NCBI GenBank assembly: GCA_032718475.1
Contig: JAUCBJ010004884.1
Coordinates: forward strand, 24,012-88,011
Length of the DNA: 64,000 nt
Source: Nemertoderma westbladi
Lineage: Eukaryota > Animalia > Xenacoelomorpha
Reading direction: 5' to 3'
Both the position numbers and the translations under genes were made by a program. This document shows, piece after piece, positions 44,701 through 58,200 of this stretch. The notes under the pieces were generated by a model that had not been told where the DNA came from, did no database searches, and saw only the letters and a list, made by a program, of their open reading frames with translations. The stretch's first letter is position 1. Each line of letters opens with the position of its first letter.

Positions 44701-45515
44701 CGCCTCCCGGAACTTCCTCCAACCGACGAGACCGAATCCTCGGAGTTAACCTCGGATTCGCCCTCCTCAGGTCTCTTCCAACCCACTAACTTAACTCCCC
44801 GGGCATCGACTAAGTATGGCCCTATGTACACTACACTAGGTTCCATACCCCTACACTCCCATAGTTCAATCAGTTCGTTGGCAACTCCCCTCGCCCTCTC
44901 CTCGGCTAGTTCTCTCTGCCCAGAACACACTAGGTGATCAAAGTATCTGTTCGACTCACCTAGTCCCTTTGTCATCCTGACCTCGTCTATCCTCGCCCCC
45001 TCCTTGGCCTCCTTTAGTAGTTCCCGGGTCGCGTTGTAGGCCCGTCGAAGTCGATCAGAAACCCCGACGTCCTCGTCGCCGACCTCTCGTCCGTCCCTCC
45101 GGGTTCGACGTCGTACCGGCGGCTCCACCGTCGCCGTTCCGGTGGGCCGTCCGTCGCCCTCGGCCTGTAGCTGGCCGGCGACATCGGTACCAATCTCTCC
45201 TCCGTCTCTTCGCGTCCGGCGTCGCACCGTCGGCCCCACCGGTTCGGTGGGCCGCTCGTCGCCCTCGGCCGGTAGCTGGCCGGCGACATCGGCGCGCCGT
45301 TCTCCGTCCCGTGTCGACTCATCTCCCTCTCCCTCCGTCTCGCTCTCTCTCTCTCTTGGCTCGACTTCGGGTTCCAGGCCCTCCTCGTCCTGTGCTTCCG
45401 GTTCGCCCGTTATCGATGGCTCCGGCGTCGTGGGCCTGTATCGTTTGGTCGCGGCCTCGCGGATCGTTAGGTCTTCGTCCGGGGTCCGCGTCGGTGTCTC
45501 GCCCGATTCACTCAT
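41725..45515 (-). CDS. Gag-like protein of element C, split by one frameshift near a G10 run (~44183-44192)
   Basis: 449-aa acidic/coiled-coil ORF; the second frame is open from ~44200 to 41725; BEL-like knuckle pair CQLHRDGTHKTRSC...CHQCVVKGHRSGEC with the BEL-type spacer (WQALPKRDRVAY..ANGL). Confidence 0.7.
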
Positions 45516-46214
45516 CTCGTTTGTGGCTGATGATTCGGCTAGCTAGGTTGCAGTTCTTAGAGTTTAACTAGGGCGGCAGCTCGGTTTAGTTACTGAGTTT
45601 AGCTGGGGAAGCAACACCGTTTTAGTTACTGTGACGGGATCCAGGAGGGATCCCGATTTATCCGATGTGGTATTTAGTCCACGCGTCCCCGCCGTGTATA
45701 AGAGTGAAATAAAGATAACTGAGTTCTGAAGTTCGGTGTATAATAAGAGGTTATAGGATATAGATATATTGTGAATTGTACGGTAGGCGGGATACGGTAA
45801 CTAAAGTCCCGTGATCCCCTAACTAAACTAATTGGCTGTACCCTACGCTAGCACTGCTGCACTGAGATAACTGAATCACTGATTACTAGGTTATTGGTTA
45901 TATTGCACGGTGGCCTTACTGCTACTCAATCGATGCCATTCCCCCCTCTGATTGGTTAATACCCTTGTTGGCGCCCCGTGGAGTATTCCCGTTCACTCCA
46001 CCTGTTCTCCTTGGGTTAGGGGTTTGGCCCCTGACCCTCTATTGTGTGCCTCCTTCCCACTCTTATTGGGATGGCACGAGTTGGTTAATTGCCCAATCTC
46101 GTGGCTCCCAATATTGCTTATCGGCTAATAACTTTATGGGGTGTTGGCGGGATTGAATAAGCTAACAAAGTACTAGTTGCCACCGGTCAGCCGGTACCAG
46201 TAGTAGGGTGGTAC

Positions 46215-48078
46215 CATGGCCTACTACACACAGGCCATAACAAGGACTTTGCTGTGAAATTAGCGTAGGCTGACTGCTGAATTATCAAATATTATATTTT
46301 CCACGAATGCAGGGTCCATATTTAAAAGAAGATGACTAGATTTTCGTAAGTAATTTAATTGAAACAGTATTTAATAATTAATTAATTAATTATCGCTAGA
46401 GTTCCTGCAGCTTTTATTTGTTTGTGGCTGCCTCTGGCTATGTTTGTGGCAGGAATGTTTGAACGCTTATAAGTCAGTCAATCAAGGATGAAATGGAACC
46501 AAACTTGGTACACATGTAGTCTATAAAAAATTTTGAAATTCTACACACAGACAGACTTCTACAGTTCCCCTGTCTGCCGCTAGGGGGCGAATTAACAGAA
46601 ACGTAAAAATAGCTGTAATTATAGAACCAACGATCAGATTCATCTGAAATTTAGTAGTAGTTACCTAAGAGCATTGCTTAATTAGAAATTCTACAGAGAC
46701 TTTTACAGTTCCTGTCTGCCGCTAGTGGGGAATTGTTAAAGCTCCAGTTCAACGTGCTTAGTACGGTTTAATAAACAATAAATTAATTATTTTATTCAAT
46801 ACAGTAATTATAACAGTAAAATGCAATGTATTCTATTTTTTAGTAAAATCAAGAGACAGGAGGGGGGTGGGACTGGACGCAAATCCCATCTTGGCGAATT
46901 AATATCCCGCCTCAATATTAATTTCTCAATTTTGGGAAAGGAGCAGGTTACAGTGGCACGTTATTTTAACCAAAACAATAAAGTAAACACAATAGAACAG
47001 GTTACAGTTTTATTTTTGAGAGTAATCAGCTGTTGTTATTTGCGTCCAATTTCCCCTGGAGAGGGATTAATTTTTATTGCGTCCAGTCCCCCCCCCCCCC
47101 CCCCCCTATCTTGAAATCAAATACCAAAAATATATTTATTATATGAACAATCTATTTGGAAATTGTAAGTTCGGCCTATCTCTTTACCATAAGCTCAGTA
47201 TCTTTATCTGGTGTGTTTTTATTATTTTACCAATTATTTAATACGTTTGATAGAATTGAACAACACCGCCCAACACAACCAACTCTCTATCCGCCTCGAG
47301 CTGTCGAGCATCGAGAATACGAGAAACTCGATCGAAATACCTGCTTATCCCAGTAGTATCCGTCCGTAGTCACCGGACCGCTGCGGTTTACTCCCGTAGA
47401 ACAGTAGAATTCCCGCAGCTTTCGACCCAATTCGACAACGAATTCGCTTCACACTTTCACGTCGCAGAGAACGTAATCCAGTGCGATACAAGTATGCCCG
47501 ACGTTCAACCATTTCCCCCAGGCGATACCAGGATCCGGGCCGCCGCTAAACCCAGATCGCAATCCTCGTCGATTCGTCCAGTCGTCGACGTAAGTCAGTA
47601 AGTGGGACTCTTCCCACCGCACTCCAAGGTGGGTGACCGGAGTGAGGCATGAGGAACTTGGCAGTGGCCCGCATTACGATCTGACCGACCGCCGTATTCC
47701 CAGTGTCTGAGTGTAGTAAATACCCAAATAGAATCGTACTGACAAACAAGCAATTCCGTAGCACTGCGTAGTATTCCCCCGTTAATCACCTCTTGAAGCA
47801 ACTCGGCTGCTCGGGTCCAGATACATCGGACTGTCGGGAGCGTTTCAGACAGTAATGGCAGAATGGAGCGGCATTTGCGAATATTTCCAATGGTTTTATA
47901 ATAAATAAGGGGATTAAATGCTAAAACAAATGGATTATTCCTAACCCCACCCCAATACAGCAGTATACCTAACAGTATATAGCTTGTACCACAGTACCAT
48001 AATCTGATAATCAGCACAGTCAGCCTACGCTAATTTCACAGCAAAGTCCTTGTCATGGCCTGTGTGTAGTAGGCCATG
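46215..48078. mobile_element. Non-autonomous P-element-like DNA transposon
   Basis: ~60-bp TIRs CATGGCCTACTACACACAGGCCAT...GTAGGCTGACTG; 8-bp TSD GGTGGTAC at 46207-46214 and 48079-48086. Confidence 0.8.
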
Positions 48079-48529
48079 GGTGGTACCTACGGTGCGCACT
48101 ACAACTGACAACGGCAGTACAGCAATACGGTGTACCGTGCCAATGCAGCAATGACTGAATGATTAGCGGTAACTATCTAAACTATTATATTATTATTACC
48201 GGTGCCGGTACTGGGCTAATTAGGCCTAAACTTTAATCACCGCAAGGGTTGCCGGGGTTAATTAGATTACATGATATGGCATGTCTGCAGTGTATGGTAC
48301 CGGCTGACCAGTATTGCAGTATTGACTGATTGCAGGATTCTCGATTCAGGGATTGAGTACAGCCTGACAGTACCGGTACACATGGTACATGCAGACAACC
48401 CCAATGTATTGCAAAATTTGTCAGAAAAACCAGCTGATTTATCCTACAGTAATAATAATTTAACGCATTTTAAATTTGGATAAATAAATTTATTATAACT
48501 GCAATAACAGTTACACTGATGCTGCACGA

Positions 48530-48735
48530 AGACCCCACGCAAATTCTACTTGGAAAATTTTCAAACTTTTGCCAAACAACATGTGTACCAAGTTTGGATA
48601 GATTTCATCAAGGATTGGCCGAGTTATTAACGTTTAAAATAAAATACTGAAAAAAACGCGACAGAACGACAGAACGACAGGTTGATTAATGGTACCCCTA
48701 CGCTAAGGCTCACTCACTTCGTGGCTCGCCCCACA
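48530..48735 (+). repeat. Dispersed short repeat with a related copy at ~57360-57550; possibly a Helitron-type non-autonomous element
   Basis: Shared CCCCACGCAAATTC...ACATGTGTACC.AGTTTGGATAGATTTCATC...ACAGAACGACAG...TTCGTGGCTCGCCCCACA. Confidence 0.55.
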
Positions 48736-49799
48736 ACGCTCTCATCTACTGGAATAAAGTTCGCATCTACTGGAATGGAACAAAGTTCGCATCAACTGAG
48801 TTCACAGTTGAACTGCTGTCATTGGTACAGAGGCATTGTATCTTTAATGGCCGGAATATCCACCAAGCTTAGATAGAGGGAACCATTTGTAATAGTTTGT
48901 AATTATTCATTGTTACGCCACTTTTTACACCGTCATTTGTCGTTGCTCAGATACAGAGTTTGCTCTCAAGGAAAATATAGCTCACGGTATCAAACTAGAG
49001 AATGCGCCTTGGTGGTGGTCCTTCAACCCCATGATGCAACCTTTCCCTTACCTTGTAAATATAAGATTGTCTACTGAGTTCTGACACTATAATACAATAG
49101 CCTACTTAATATACGTTTTCAACAGTTAAGGGGACCATAACCCCATATCTATTTTTTTATTTATAAACCTACTATTCTGAAATTTTAACACAATAATCGG
49201 TGATCTTTTACTATGTTACTGTTAAATTGATAGTAACTGTCAGCCCATGGCATATGTATGTATACCATAGTGGTTATACTATGAGATAGGTAGTAAGTAG
49301 TACTACTATAATCGTCCTGCTGCATTGAAACTGCACATTAAGATGCTCTGTCAGACATTTTGTCACCACCATACAATCCACAATTGGTAAGCCCAATGCT
49401 GCGTGCATTAAGAATGCTATGCTATGATGCTATGCTTATCGAATAAATTGCACCGCCACAACTTCCTATCCCCCTCGACTTTCGCGAGATTTTCCACATT
49501 TTTAAGGCCAGTGTCCTTTAAGAGAAAGTCTCAAGAAGGTCATGTTGGCCACCAGGATTATTTTCTTCATGGGGCTGCCAGAGCACATAAAGTAATATTT
49601 ATTACATTTAAATTATAAAGAAAAATGATAAATATTTGTATTTTTAGTTAGCTTTTATTCTTCACTTATCTGGTTAGACATATTTCCAGAATATGTGCCT
49701 TTAGAAATCGGAATGTTGCCTTTATTGGTACTATTTTACCTATGTGTCTTTTTTGACACATCTGGCCTTTCTAGTAACTTTTTAAAATTTTCATAGTAG

Positions 49800-49956
49800 G
49801 GATATGGCTGTAAAAAAATTTAAAAAAGTAAAAAAAAAGGTAGTAGTGCCAATTATTCCCCAGGCAATCTGTAATGATTCACTTAATTTGAAAGGTTTAG
49901 AAGATGAATCTATGATTTGTGCAGGTTATGATGCAGGTGGAAAATATGTTTGCCAG
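49800..49956 (+). CDS. Isolated exon of a trypsin-family (S1A) serine protease, possibly a pseudo-exon
   Basis: VVVPIIPQAICN...ESMICAGYDAGGKYVCQ followed by CAG|GTAAAA, the common intron position just before GDSGG. Confidence 0.7.
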
Positions 49957-50959
49957 GTAAAAGTAACCCATTTATTAATGTACCAAGACTGCTTATTAAC
50001 ATTAATTCGACCGGGGGGGGGGGGGGGGGGGGGGGGGGTGTGAATTTACCCCACCCTGTTTTTTTGCCATGTATCTCGAAATTTTGTACACCTATTGCCC
50101 TGAAACCTTCTGACTTTTAATATTTTTCTATTTGCAAGATTTCGTGAAAGTTTCGCGATTTATGGGTGATATGTTCTCATTTTTAGGCACCTCAAAATTT
50201 TGGTCTCTCAAATTTTTAATTCGACTGGGGATGAGGGGGGGGGGGGGGGGTGGTAAATTTACCCCACCGTGTTTTTTGTTTGTTGTCAGGTTTATTGATT
50301 TTATCGAGTAAAGTTGATTCTTGTGGAGGTGTATAGTATCTCTAATAATGCTTTTGTATATTTTTTAAAGCACCCAAATATGAAATGTGCAAGTAAATAG
50401 CACTTTTAAAATTCTAAAGTCGAATTATCTCAATCACTTCTATATTTGGATATTTAGGATTACAAGGGTCCTGATTCCGTTGGCAATCATTACATGATGC
50501 GTGGAGACACAATACGATTTTTAATAAGAAACAGTGGAATTTAGTATACAGAAATTAAATATTATCACAATCTAATTTCATGTTTACTGTCGGAATTTAG
50601 GTCTTTGTGCTATTCACAGAGGCCAAGACTAAGTAGGATTCATTAGTAAGTTTCATTATCAGGAAAGTCAAGATCAGTTAGGTATTCTGCAGATATTCTA
50701 TGTAATATATTCGATATTTAGTTCGAGATCTAGTTTGTTACATGGTAGATCGAAGATATGTTATTGATCTAATACAATAATTGCACTAAATAAATATTTG
50801 TTACTTTAGAAATGTAATTATTTGAAATGTGTAACATATCGAATCGTTATTTGTTTTATTTTTATTGTTATTATAATCCCCCCCCCCCCCCCCCCGGTGG
50901 GAGACACAACGCTTCCCCAGGGGGCACCCATTACGTTGGACAGGGCACACCGAATGGGG

Positions 50960-51360
50960 TGCCTCTGGATGGCACATTTACAAGAATGCTATGCCGGGTT
51001 CATTGTGTCAAGTACAATGCACACATCTCCAACCAGACACTATATAACATTGGAGGTGTCTCATTGGTTCCCCCAAGCTTGACACTAGAACAAAATCGCC
51101 TCCGCTTTGCAGGACATTGCTTTCGCCGTGAGGAACAGCCAGTGCATAATCTTGTACTTTGGCAGCCTCATGGAGTGAATAAGCATGGTGGACAGCCCAT
51201 GACTTTCTTGACACGCATCTTAAAGGACACTGGCCTTGAAGATGCGGATGATCTAGAAAATGTCATGGGTGATAAGGAGTTGTGGCGGTGGAATTTTGTC
51301 GATAAGCCGGCACAACATTCTTAAAAATGCAGCTGCAATGCAGCATGCCGATCCTAGTAG
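50960..51360 (+). mobile_element. 3' fragment of the same RTE family as 4385-6158
   Basis: Near-identical to 5760-6158, ending GATCCTAGTAG. Confidence 0.9.
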
Positions 51361-51689
51361 CCCTGTCAAACTCCTTCACTAAACCCAATCAAATTCCTGT
51401 CACGGTGTTCCGGGTTGTAGTGAAGTTTTTAAATTAGTGAACAGTTTTTATATGAAACAAATCTTTGTGATACAAATCTAAATAATAACACAAATTGTAA
51501 ATAAATGTAAAGTAAATCGTTCAGTCACTAATTACTGTTGCAGATGGGAAAACATTACTAATGGAGTTATAGCAGGTTAGGTTCAACTAATACTGGGTAT
51601 TAGTTGATTTAGCGTCATTTAAAGGGAAAGGAGCATGATTCGGGGATCGGGATGTATGTTATGCCGACAACCGACAGCTGATAGATAAT

Positions 51690-52264
51690 AGACAAGCCGA
51701 CATGGGGAGTTTATTGGAAACCATCATCACTGCGACATCCGCAGGGGAACGGTCATGCAGAAGCGAATGTTAAGAAGATTAAATATTTATTATCTAAGAT
51801 GGAAGGAAATAATTATAGCAACGCCTTTTCTGAAAGATATATCGAATTAATAAACACACCCAAAAAAGATGGATTAACTCCAGCCCAAAGAGTATTTGGA
51901 CACCCGCTGTGATATCTAGTTCCTGCTAATTGGCGATCATATTGGCCAGAATTTCAAAATGGATATTGAAGATGCAAACAAAGAGATAATTAAAAATTCC
52001 CTCCTATGTAAACTTTATTTTGACCGCTGTACTAATAACCTGAGACCGATTGAGAAAGGATCTTCAGTTTTAGTTCAGAATCCGGAAACTCAAAGATGGG
52101 ACAGATTGGCAACAGTCTTAGATCATAATAACCATGGACGTTACCGAATGCAGTTTCCCTCAAGCCGTCTTATTGGGCAAAATTGTATTCACATCCGTCC
52201 GGTCGCCACTGAGAAATCAGGCGAAGCAGATGTAGAAAGACGTGAGAAAGATGTGAAAGACTAG
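51690..52264 (+). pseudogene. Ty3/Gypsy integrase C-terminal relic
   Basis: SS..HPQGNGHAEANVKKIK; NTPKKDGLTPAQRVFG; GSSVLVQNPETQRW. Confidence 0.7.
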
Positions 52265-53309
52265 AGTAAACTTTACCAGAATAAACCCCAGTTCTCGCGA
52301 TGGAGTACCCCATACATCCAGGAACCAGATAGACTTCAATACTCTATGTTGGGTGGTATTAAATGACCAAACCTTGCAATTTTTAACTTAAAAAGATGAA
52401 AGTGGTGATGGCCAAAAAAATATTATAAAAGAACGAAAGAATGCGAAAGTGGTAATATATAGACTTGTTTAAGATAGACATCAACAACCGAACTTAATGA
52501 AAAAATGAAATTGGTATATCTTATTATTCTATAGTTATTGTGGTGGTGGGAGATTTAAACGGTTATTTGTATTGTATTGTTTTACTATTACAGGTACAGA
52601 TGTAGGCACTGCTTTATAATATAACAGGCTACTGAGTGCTTATACCGGTTGTCCTTGTGTTTTTCCATCAATCATTATTATTATCATTATGACTGATGTT
52701 TGATGGATCCATAACTCATTGTGATCGAACATCAATCATTATCATTATGATTAATGTTTGATGCATCAATCACTCATTATGATCGAACATCAATCATTTT
52801 CGTCACTAGTACCTAGCAATATACAAATTAATAGATACCAGATTTGACAAATAAATGTCTGATAATAATTTTTAATGCTTTGGATCTATTCAATCACATT
52901 TTGTTTGACTACCTTAGCACCAGACAACTTATTGGGCAACAGAATCTAAATGTTTAGTAATAATAAGCCAATAGGATTTGGGTTCAAAATCCCGTGGAAA
53001 ACTATATAGATATATATAATATAGTTAGTAAACTATTCATAGTAGATATATTATACCCTACTATATTCTTAAAGAATCTTCACATTCTTCAGGATAGTTT
53101 TAAAATAGGAACATGATGGAATTTTAGTAAGAAGGTAGTAACACATAGCAAACTGGCATTAAAAAAAATAGTCATTGGTAAAATATAGGGAACACAGTGA
53201 AAATATTAATCAGGGACGATTTTAGGCTATTACTACTACTTACTATACTATCGGCATTCTTCATTGCAGCAGGGCAGCAGCATTATATATATATATATAT
53301 ATTACTTAT

Positions 53310-55630
53310 ATTAAGAATGCTGTGTCGGCTTGTCGTCAAAATAGCACCGCCACAACTCAATCACCCATGACAATTTCTATATCATCCGCATATTCAAGGC
53401 CAGTGTCCTTTAAGAGGCGTCTCAAGAAGGTCATGTGCTATCCAGCATGCGTATTCACTACTTGAGGCTGCCACAGCAAAATATTATGTACTGGCTTGTC
53501 CTCCGGGCGAAAGCAATAACGCCCTGCAAAGCGGAAGTGGTTCTGTTCAATTGTCAAGTTAGAGGGGAGACTAATGACACATGCTCAGGTTGTATAAAGC
53601 CTGATTGGAGATGTGTTCGTTGTAGTTGGCACAATGAACTCGGCGCAGCGTTCTTGTAAAGTGTCATCCACAGATTTGGAAACTTCTGAAGTTAGAGCCA
53701 GCATGGACTCTCCTATATAAGAGTACTGTTACTACTGCTGTCCTAAATATTCGAACATTGAGATCTCCTTACGTATCCGAAGGTCTCCACAATACTTGGT
53801 TACTTGAGATCCATGATCCCAAGTAGCAGAAGTCATCTACGTACTCAGGCAAGCCATCCATGGAGCTTAGGCACTTATGATCAGAAATTTCTTGAGGGCT
53901 GTCAGGTTCACTGTCATAATTTTAGTCTTCTTGGAGTTAACAAAAACACCAATACTTGAAGCAACCTGCTCCAATGAGCCGAGTAGTCAATGGGCTCCCT
54001 CTAGTAGTATTCTTAAGCAAAGTCTAGATCAGTAAGATAGATTACTTTGCTGGATAACCTCTACTTCTTGTGGCATTATGGGGTGTGATCACTGTGAGGG
54101 CTATACTGCCTTCACAGAAGCAGTTAAGTTAGCAGCTGCAGAAACAGTTCCTGTATACCCTCGAAACAGGAAAAGGGCCCCCTGGACTGACAACAAAATC
54201 CAGAAGTGCCGAAATGACCTATATAAGGCGCAGAATGCGGCCAAGACTTACTCAGCATACTTTCATTATATGGGATTCCTGATGAAATTATTGCAGCAAT
54301 CAGATCAGTATACGATGGTTCGACAACATTTGTGTCTACTGTTGATGGTGACACATAACCATTTGAAATGTTATGGGGCGTCCTCCAGGGAGACACACTT
54401 GCACCATTCTTGTTCATAATTGTGGTTGACTATGTTTTACACATGTCCTTAGATCATCATAATGATGATGGGGTGATGATAACTCCACCTACTGGCTCCA
54501 GAAGTCGAGGAAATCTTGCCAAGTACCTAACTGATGACTTAGGAGTACTTTCAGAATCACTAGAGGGAGCCCAACGGCTCCTCAGCCCATTAGAACATGC
54601 TGCTTCTAGTGTTGGTCTTTTTATTAACTCCAGAAAGACCAAAATTTTGACAGTTAACTTTGAAAGTTCTCAGCAAGTCTCTGATCGGATGAGCATAAGC
54701 TCAAAGCATGGTATGCTTGAGCATGTGGACGACTTTTGTTACCTGGGATCATGGATCCGGAAGTCAGGTGAGGACCTTCGAATACGTAAGGGAAAGGCAT
54801 GTGCAGCCTTGAATAGAATAGCCTGGAATAATATATTCCAGGATTTGGAAGTCACCGAGAATTAATCGGAAACTTAAGGTCCGATTATTTAGAGCAGCAG
54901 TAGTTCCAGTACTCCTCTATGGGAGTCCAAATCTCTGGATGGCACATTCACAAGAATGCTACGCCGGGTTCATTGTGTCAAGTACAATGCACACATCTCC
55001 AACCAGACACTACATAACATTGGAGGTGTCTCATTGGTTCCCCCAAGCTTGACACTAGAACAAAATCGCCTCCGCTTTGCAGGACATTGCTTTCGCCGTT
55101 TGGCAGCCTCATGGAGTGAATAAGCATGGTGGACAGCCCATGACTTTCTTGAGACGCATCTTAAAGGACACTGGCCTTGAAGATGCGGATGATCTAGCAA
55201 ATGTCATGGGTGATAGGGAGTTGTGGCGGCGCAATTTTGTCGACAAGCCGGCACAGCATTCTTAAAAATGCAGCTGCAATGCAGCATGCCGATACTAGTA
55301 GTATGGGGTGTAACGATCACCCCATCTTTATTAAGATGGCCTAAGGACATGTGTAGAACATAATCAACCACAATTACAAATAAGAATGGAGCAAGTGTGT
55401 TACCCTGAAGGACACCCCTCGAGACTTCGAATGGATCTGTGTCACCATTAGCAGGAGACACAGATGTGGTAGAACCGTCGTACAGTGATCTGCTAGCGAT
55501 AGTTGCAATAACTTCCTCAGGAATCCCATATGCTGCAAGTATGCTGAACATAAGTGGTCGGGAGTCGAAGGCCTTAAATAAGCCAACAAAGATAATAGTC
55601 AAATGTCTGTCTTTCTTTATTAAGACCACA
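53310..55630 (-). mobile_element. Old RTE LINE remnant on the minus strand, interrupted by a plus-strand RTE copy
   Basis: FKAFDS...GVLQGNTLAPFLF at 55310-55630; the diverged RT 3' part continues at 53310-54076. Confidence 0.7.
54087..55301 (+). mobile_element. Internally deleted RTE copy of the same family as 4385-6158
   Basis: High identity to 5050-6158; TAG-repeat tail; 10-bp TSD TATGGGGTGT at 54077-54086 and 55302-55311. Confidence 0.85.
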
Positions 55631-57679
55631 AATTATTTCTTTCCCAGATTACAAAGTTTTAGCACCAAATATACTTTTTTACCGCCACAAACCGATAGCC
55701 CCAAAATTCATGTTTACTGTAAGCAATATACATTAAAGCTACGACTAAATACATATTTCTTTCCCAGATTTCATACTTTCCAAATCCCAATCATCCAAAT
55801 TAATTAAATTCGTCCCAAAGTATTTTTTATATATTGATATATATATTTTTATATTCAACATTGTTAACAACGTCGTTTATTATTCTGGTTAGAAAATTAC
55901 GTCTCTGTAACCTGCTCCTTTCCCTCAATTTGGAACAACATCGTTTATTGTTTTGGTTAGAAAATCGCTGATTCTATGGAAATAAATATCACACATCTGA
56001 CCTTTTTTGTTTGATTTAGGTGTTTTAGTGTAGTAAATGTGTGTTTTGGGGCTGATGTTTTAATTTTTGGGTCGAATTTATAACATTAGTTCAGTGATGT
56101 ATTTTTTTTTGGTCAACAAGTAAATTATTTGGTGCGAAATGTATGTGTTTTGTTCTTTTGTTATTTTTTTGTCCAGAATTATTTTTTTTGGTCCGCTTGT
56201 ATGTGATTTGGTCAACGAGTACACTATTTGGTGCAGAAAGTATATGTTTTTTGCTAATTTTTTTGTTTTTTGGGTAAACTTTAATTGATAGCCTAACAGA
56301 AATAGCTGCTTATTGGCGATCTCTGGGCGGGGAATCAAGATTGCAGATATATATGTTACACATTACAGTTACATCGTGTCCGGCGAGTGTCCAATGCCCT
56401 AACGTCCACCTAGCACCAGTACCACAAACTGAATACTCAATATTTCAAGTTACTGAATACTGATTGCCCTATCAATGAATATGTGTGGTAGATGCGTTGC
56501 CAACACCATTGATGAAGAAAGGCAGGTATTATCAGGACATTCGTGTTTTATATGTAATATGTTATATTTATTTTAATATAACGTAAAATACAACTGGAAT
56601 ACACAACTGAAATTCACAAATATACAAACAGCACAAATTTCTAGCAAAATAATTAAAGATCGCATATAATTTAATTTATTTAACCAACAAAGAAATCAAT
56701 AAACTCATGTTATTGGTAACATGTTAAATTCATAAAGTAATATAATAAATATTTGAGGCGTGGAGGCGACCCAATTTGTAAGAAATATTAAAACTTACCT
56801 TATGCCGACAGTATTGGTACTGAAATATTTATTTATCATGTCAACGCCTCAACGAAATTATTTAGCTAATTATTCTAAAGAATCACGATTAAATACTCAG
56901 CCAAACATTTTGTAAGGTAAACACAAAAAGCAAGGTTAAGCTCTCTTATTAGTCTGACTCATTACATTGCTGCCTAATGAGTAGTGGTGAGCTGGTGGTT
57001 GGACTGTATCCCAGTTAGGCTAGGCAGGCAATAGCAAGCGTGCCTTGGAATAACCGAGCTAGTGTAGAGTGACGACGGCTGATGGGGTATTTTAGCAACT
57101 TAATTACGTTTAGATCAATTAAAACACATTTCTTAAAGCAAATCACTTGAACTAATTAACAACTATAATGGAATGTGGTATGAGGGAGGTATTGGGATTA
57201 CAGCTGTATATTTTTTAAGTATAATTATTTATATCTTATACTATAAAATAATTAATTTCCATTAAAACTGCTGTTTTTAAATGTTGAAAATGCTGTTTTT
57301 ACCCTAACCAACTTATTTAATTTTAATTGAATTAATTAACTGCTATTATCTTAGCTTTTCGAAGGCCCCACGCAAATTCAACTTGAAAAATTTCTAAACT
57401 TTTGCCAGACTACATGTGTACCTAGTTTGGATAGATTTCATCGAGATTAACGATTAAAGTTGAACACAACAGAACGACAGACACACCGATTGAGTTAGTG
57501 GTACTCGTACCTATATGCTAAGGTCGCTTACTTTCGTGGCTCGCCCCACAGCGGACCTACCGGCCTCAAGTATTTTAGAGTGAAACAGGAGGGAAGTACA
57601 AATAAATATTCAGCTCGAGTATTGATGCTTGCTGCCTGGTGATATTAATTAAATATATGAATTGTAGTTGAGCTGTATT

Positions 57680-58200
57680 TATTTTATATAGTAAATACAT
57701 TGCACCTATATGATATAGATGGCAGAATGACTGCATTCCAAAGTCGTTCTACAGACTCCATAGATATAACTTTGAGGTCTACCTCGATAGCCAATTGAAC
57801 GTAGGTAGTCCTTTCTTATAAAGATGCATGAAATGGCAGCTTGCACCGTTCTTTGTTGATAACACAACACCCAGATATACAAAAGAATTCACGAACTCAA
57901 TTTCTTGACCTATATATAACAGAAAATCGTTTTTACAAAATTTTTCCCCACGGCCAAATTTAATGGCATTAGTTTTTTTCACATTAACTTAAAGGTGGTT
58001 TTCATCACAGTAGCCTGTGCGAGCTTTCTTGAACTTTCCCACTCGCATTACAAACTATTGCCAAGTCATCAGCATACATTAAGATCCAGACAGTTGCTGA
58101 GATCAGGAGAAAAGCTGGCTGGTCAGTCAGCAACAAAAATGCTGAAAAGTAATGGCGACAATTTGTCACCTTGAATTACATCAATTTGGGCTATTCGTCT
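57680..58200 (-). pseudogene. Degenerate non-LTR RT fragment
   Basis: QGDKLSPLLF, MYADDL and FVYLGV motifs on the minus strand. Confidence 0.65.

Larger units (their letters stand above)
38393..46167 (-). mobile_element. Element C: gag-only non-autonomous BEL-related LTR element, 7.8 kb
   Basis: 538-bp TG...CA LTRs at 38393-38930 and 45630-46167, no differences noticed; 5-bp TSD AAGTA at 38388-38392 and 46168-46172; PPT TGGGGGGGAG on the minus strand at 38931-38940; no pol motifs. Confidence 0.93.
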
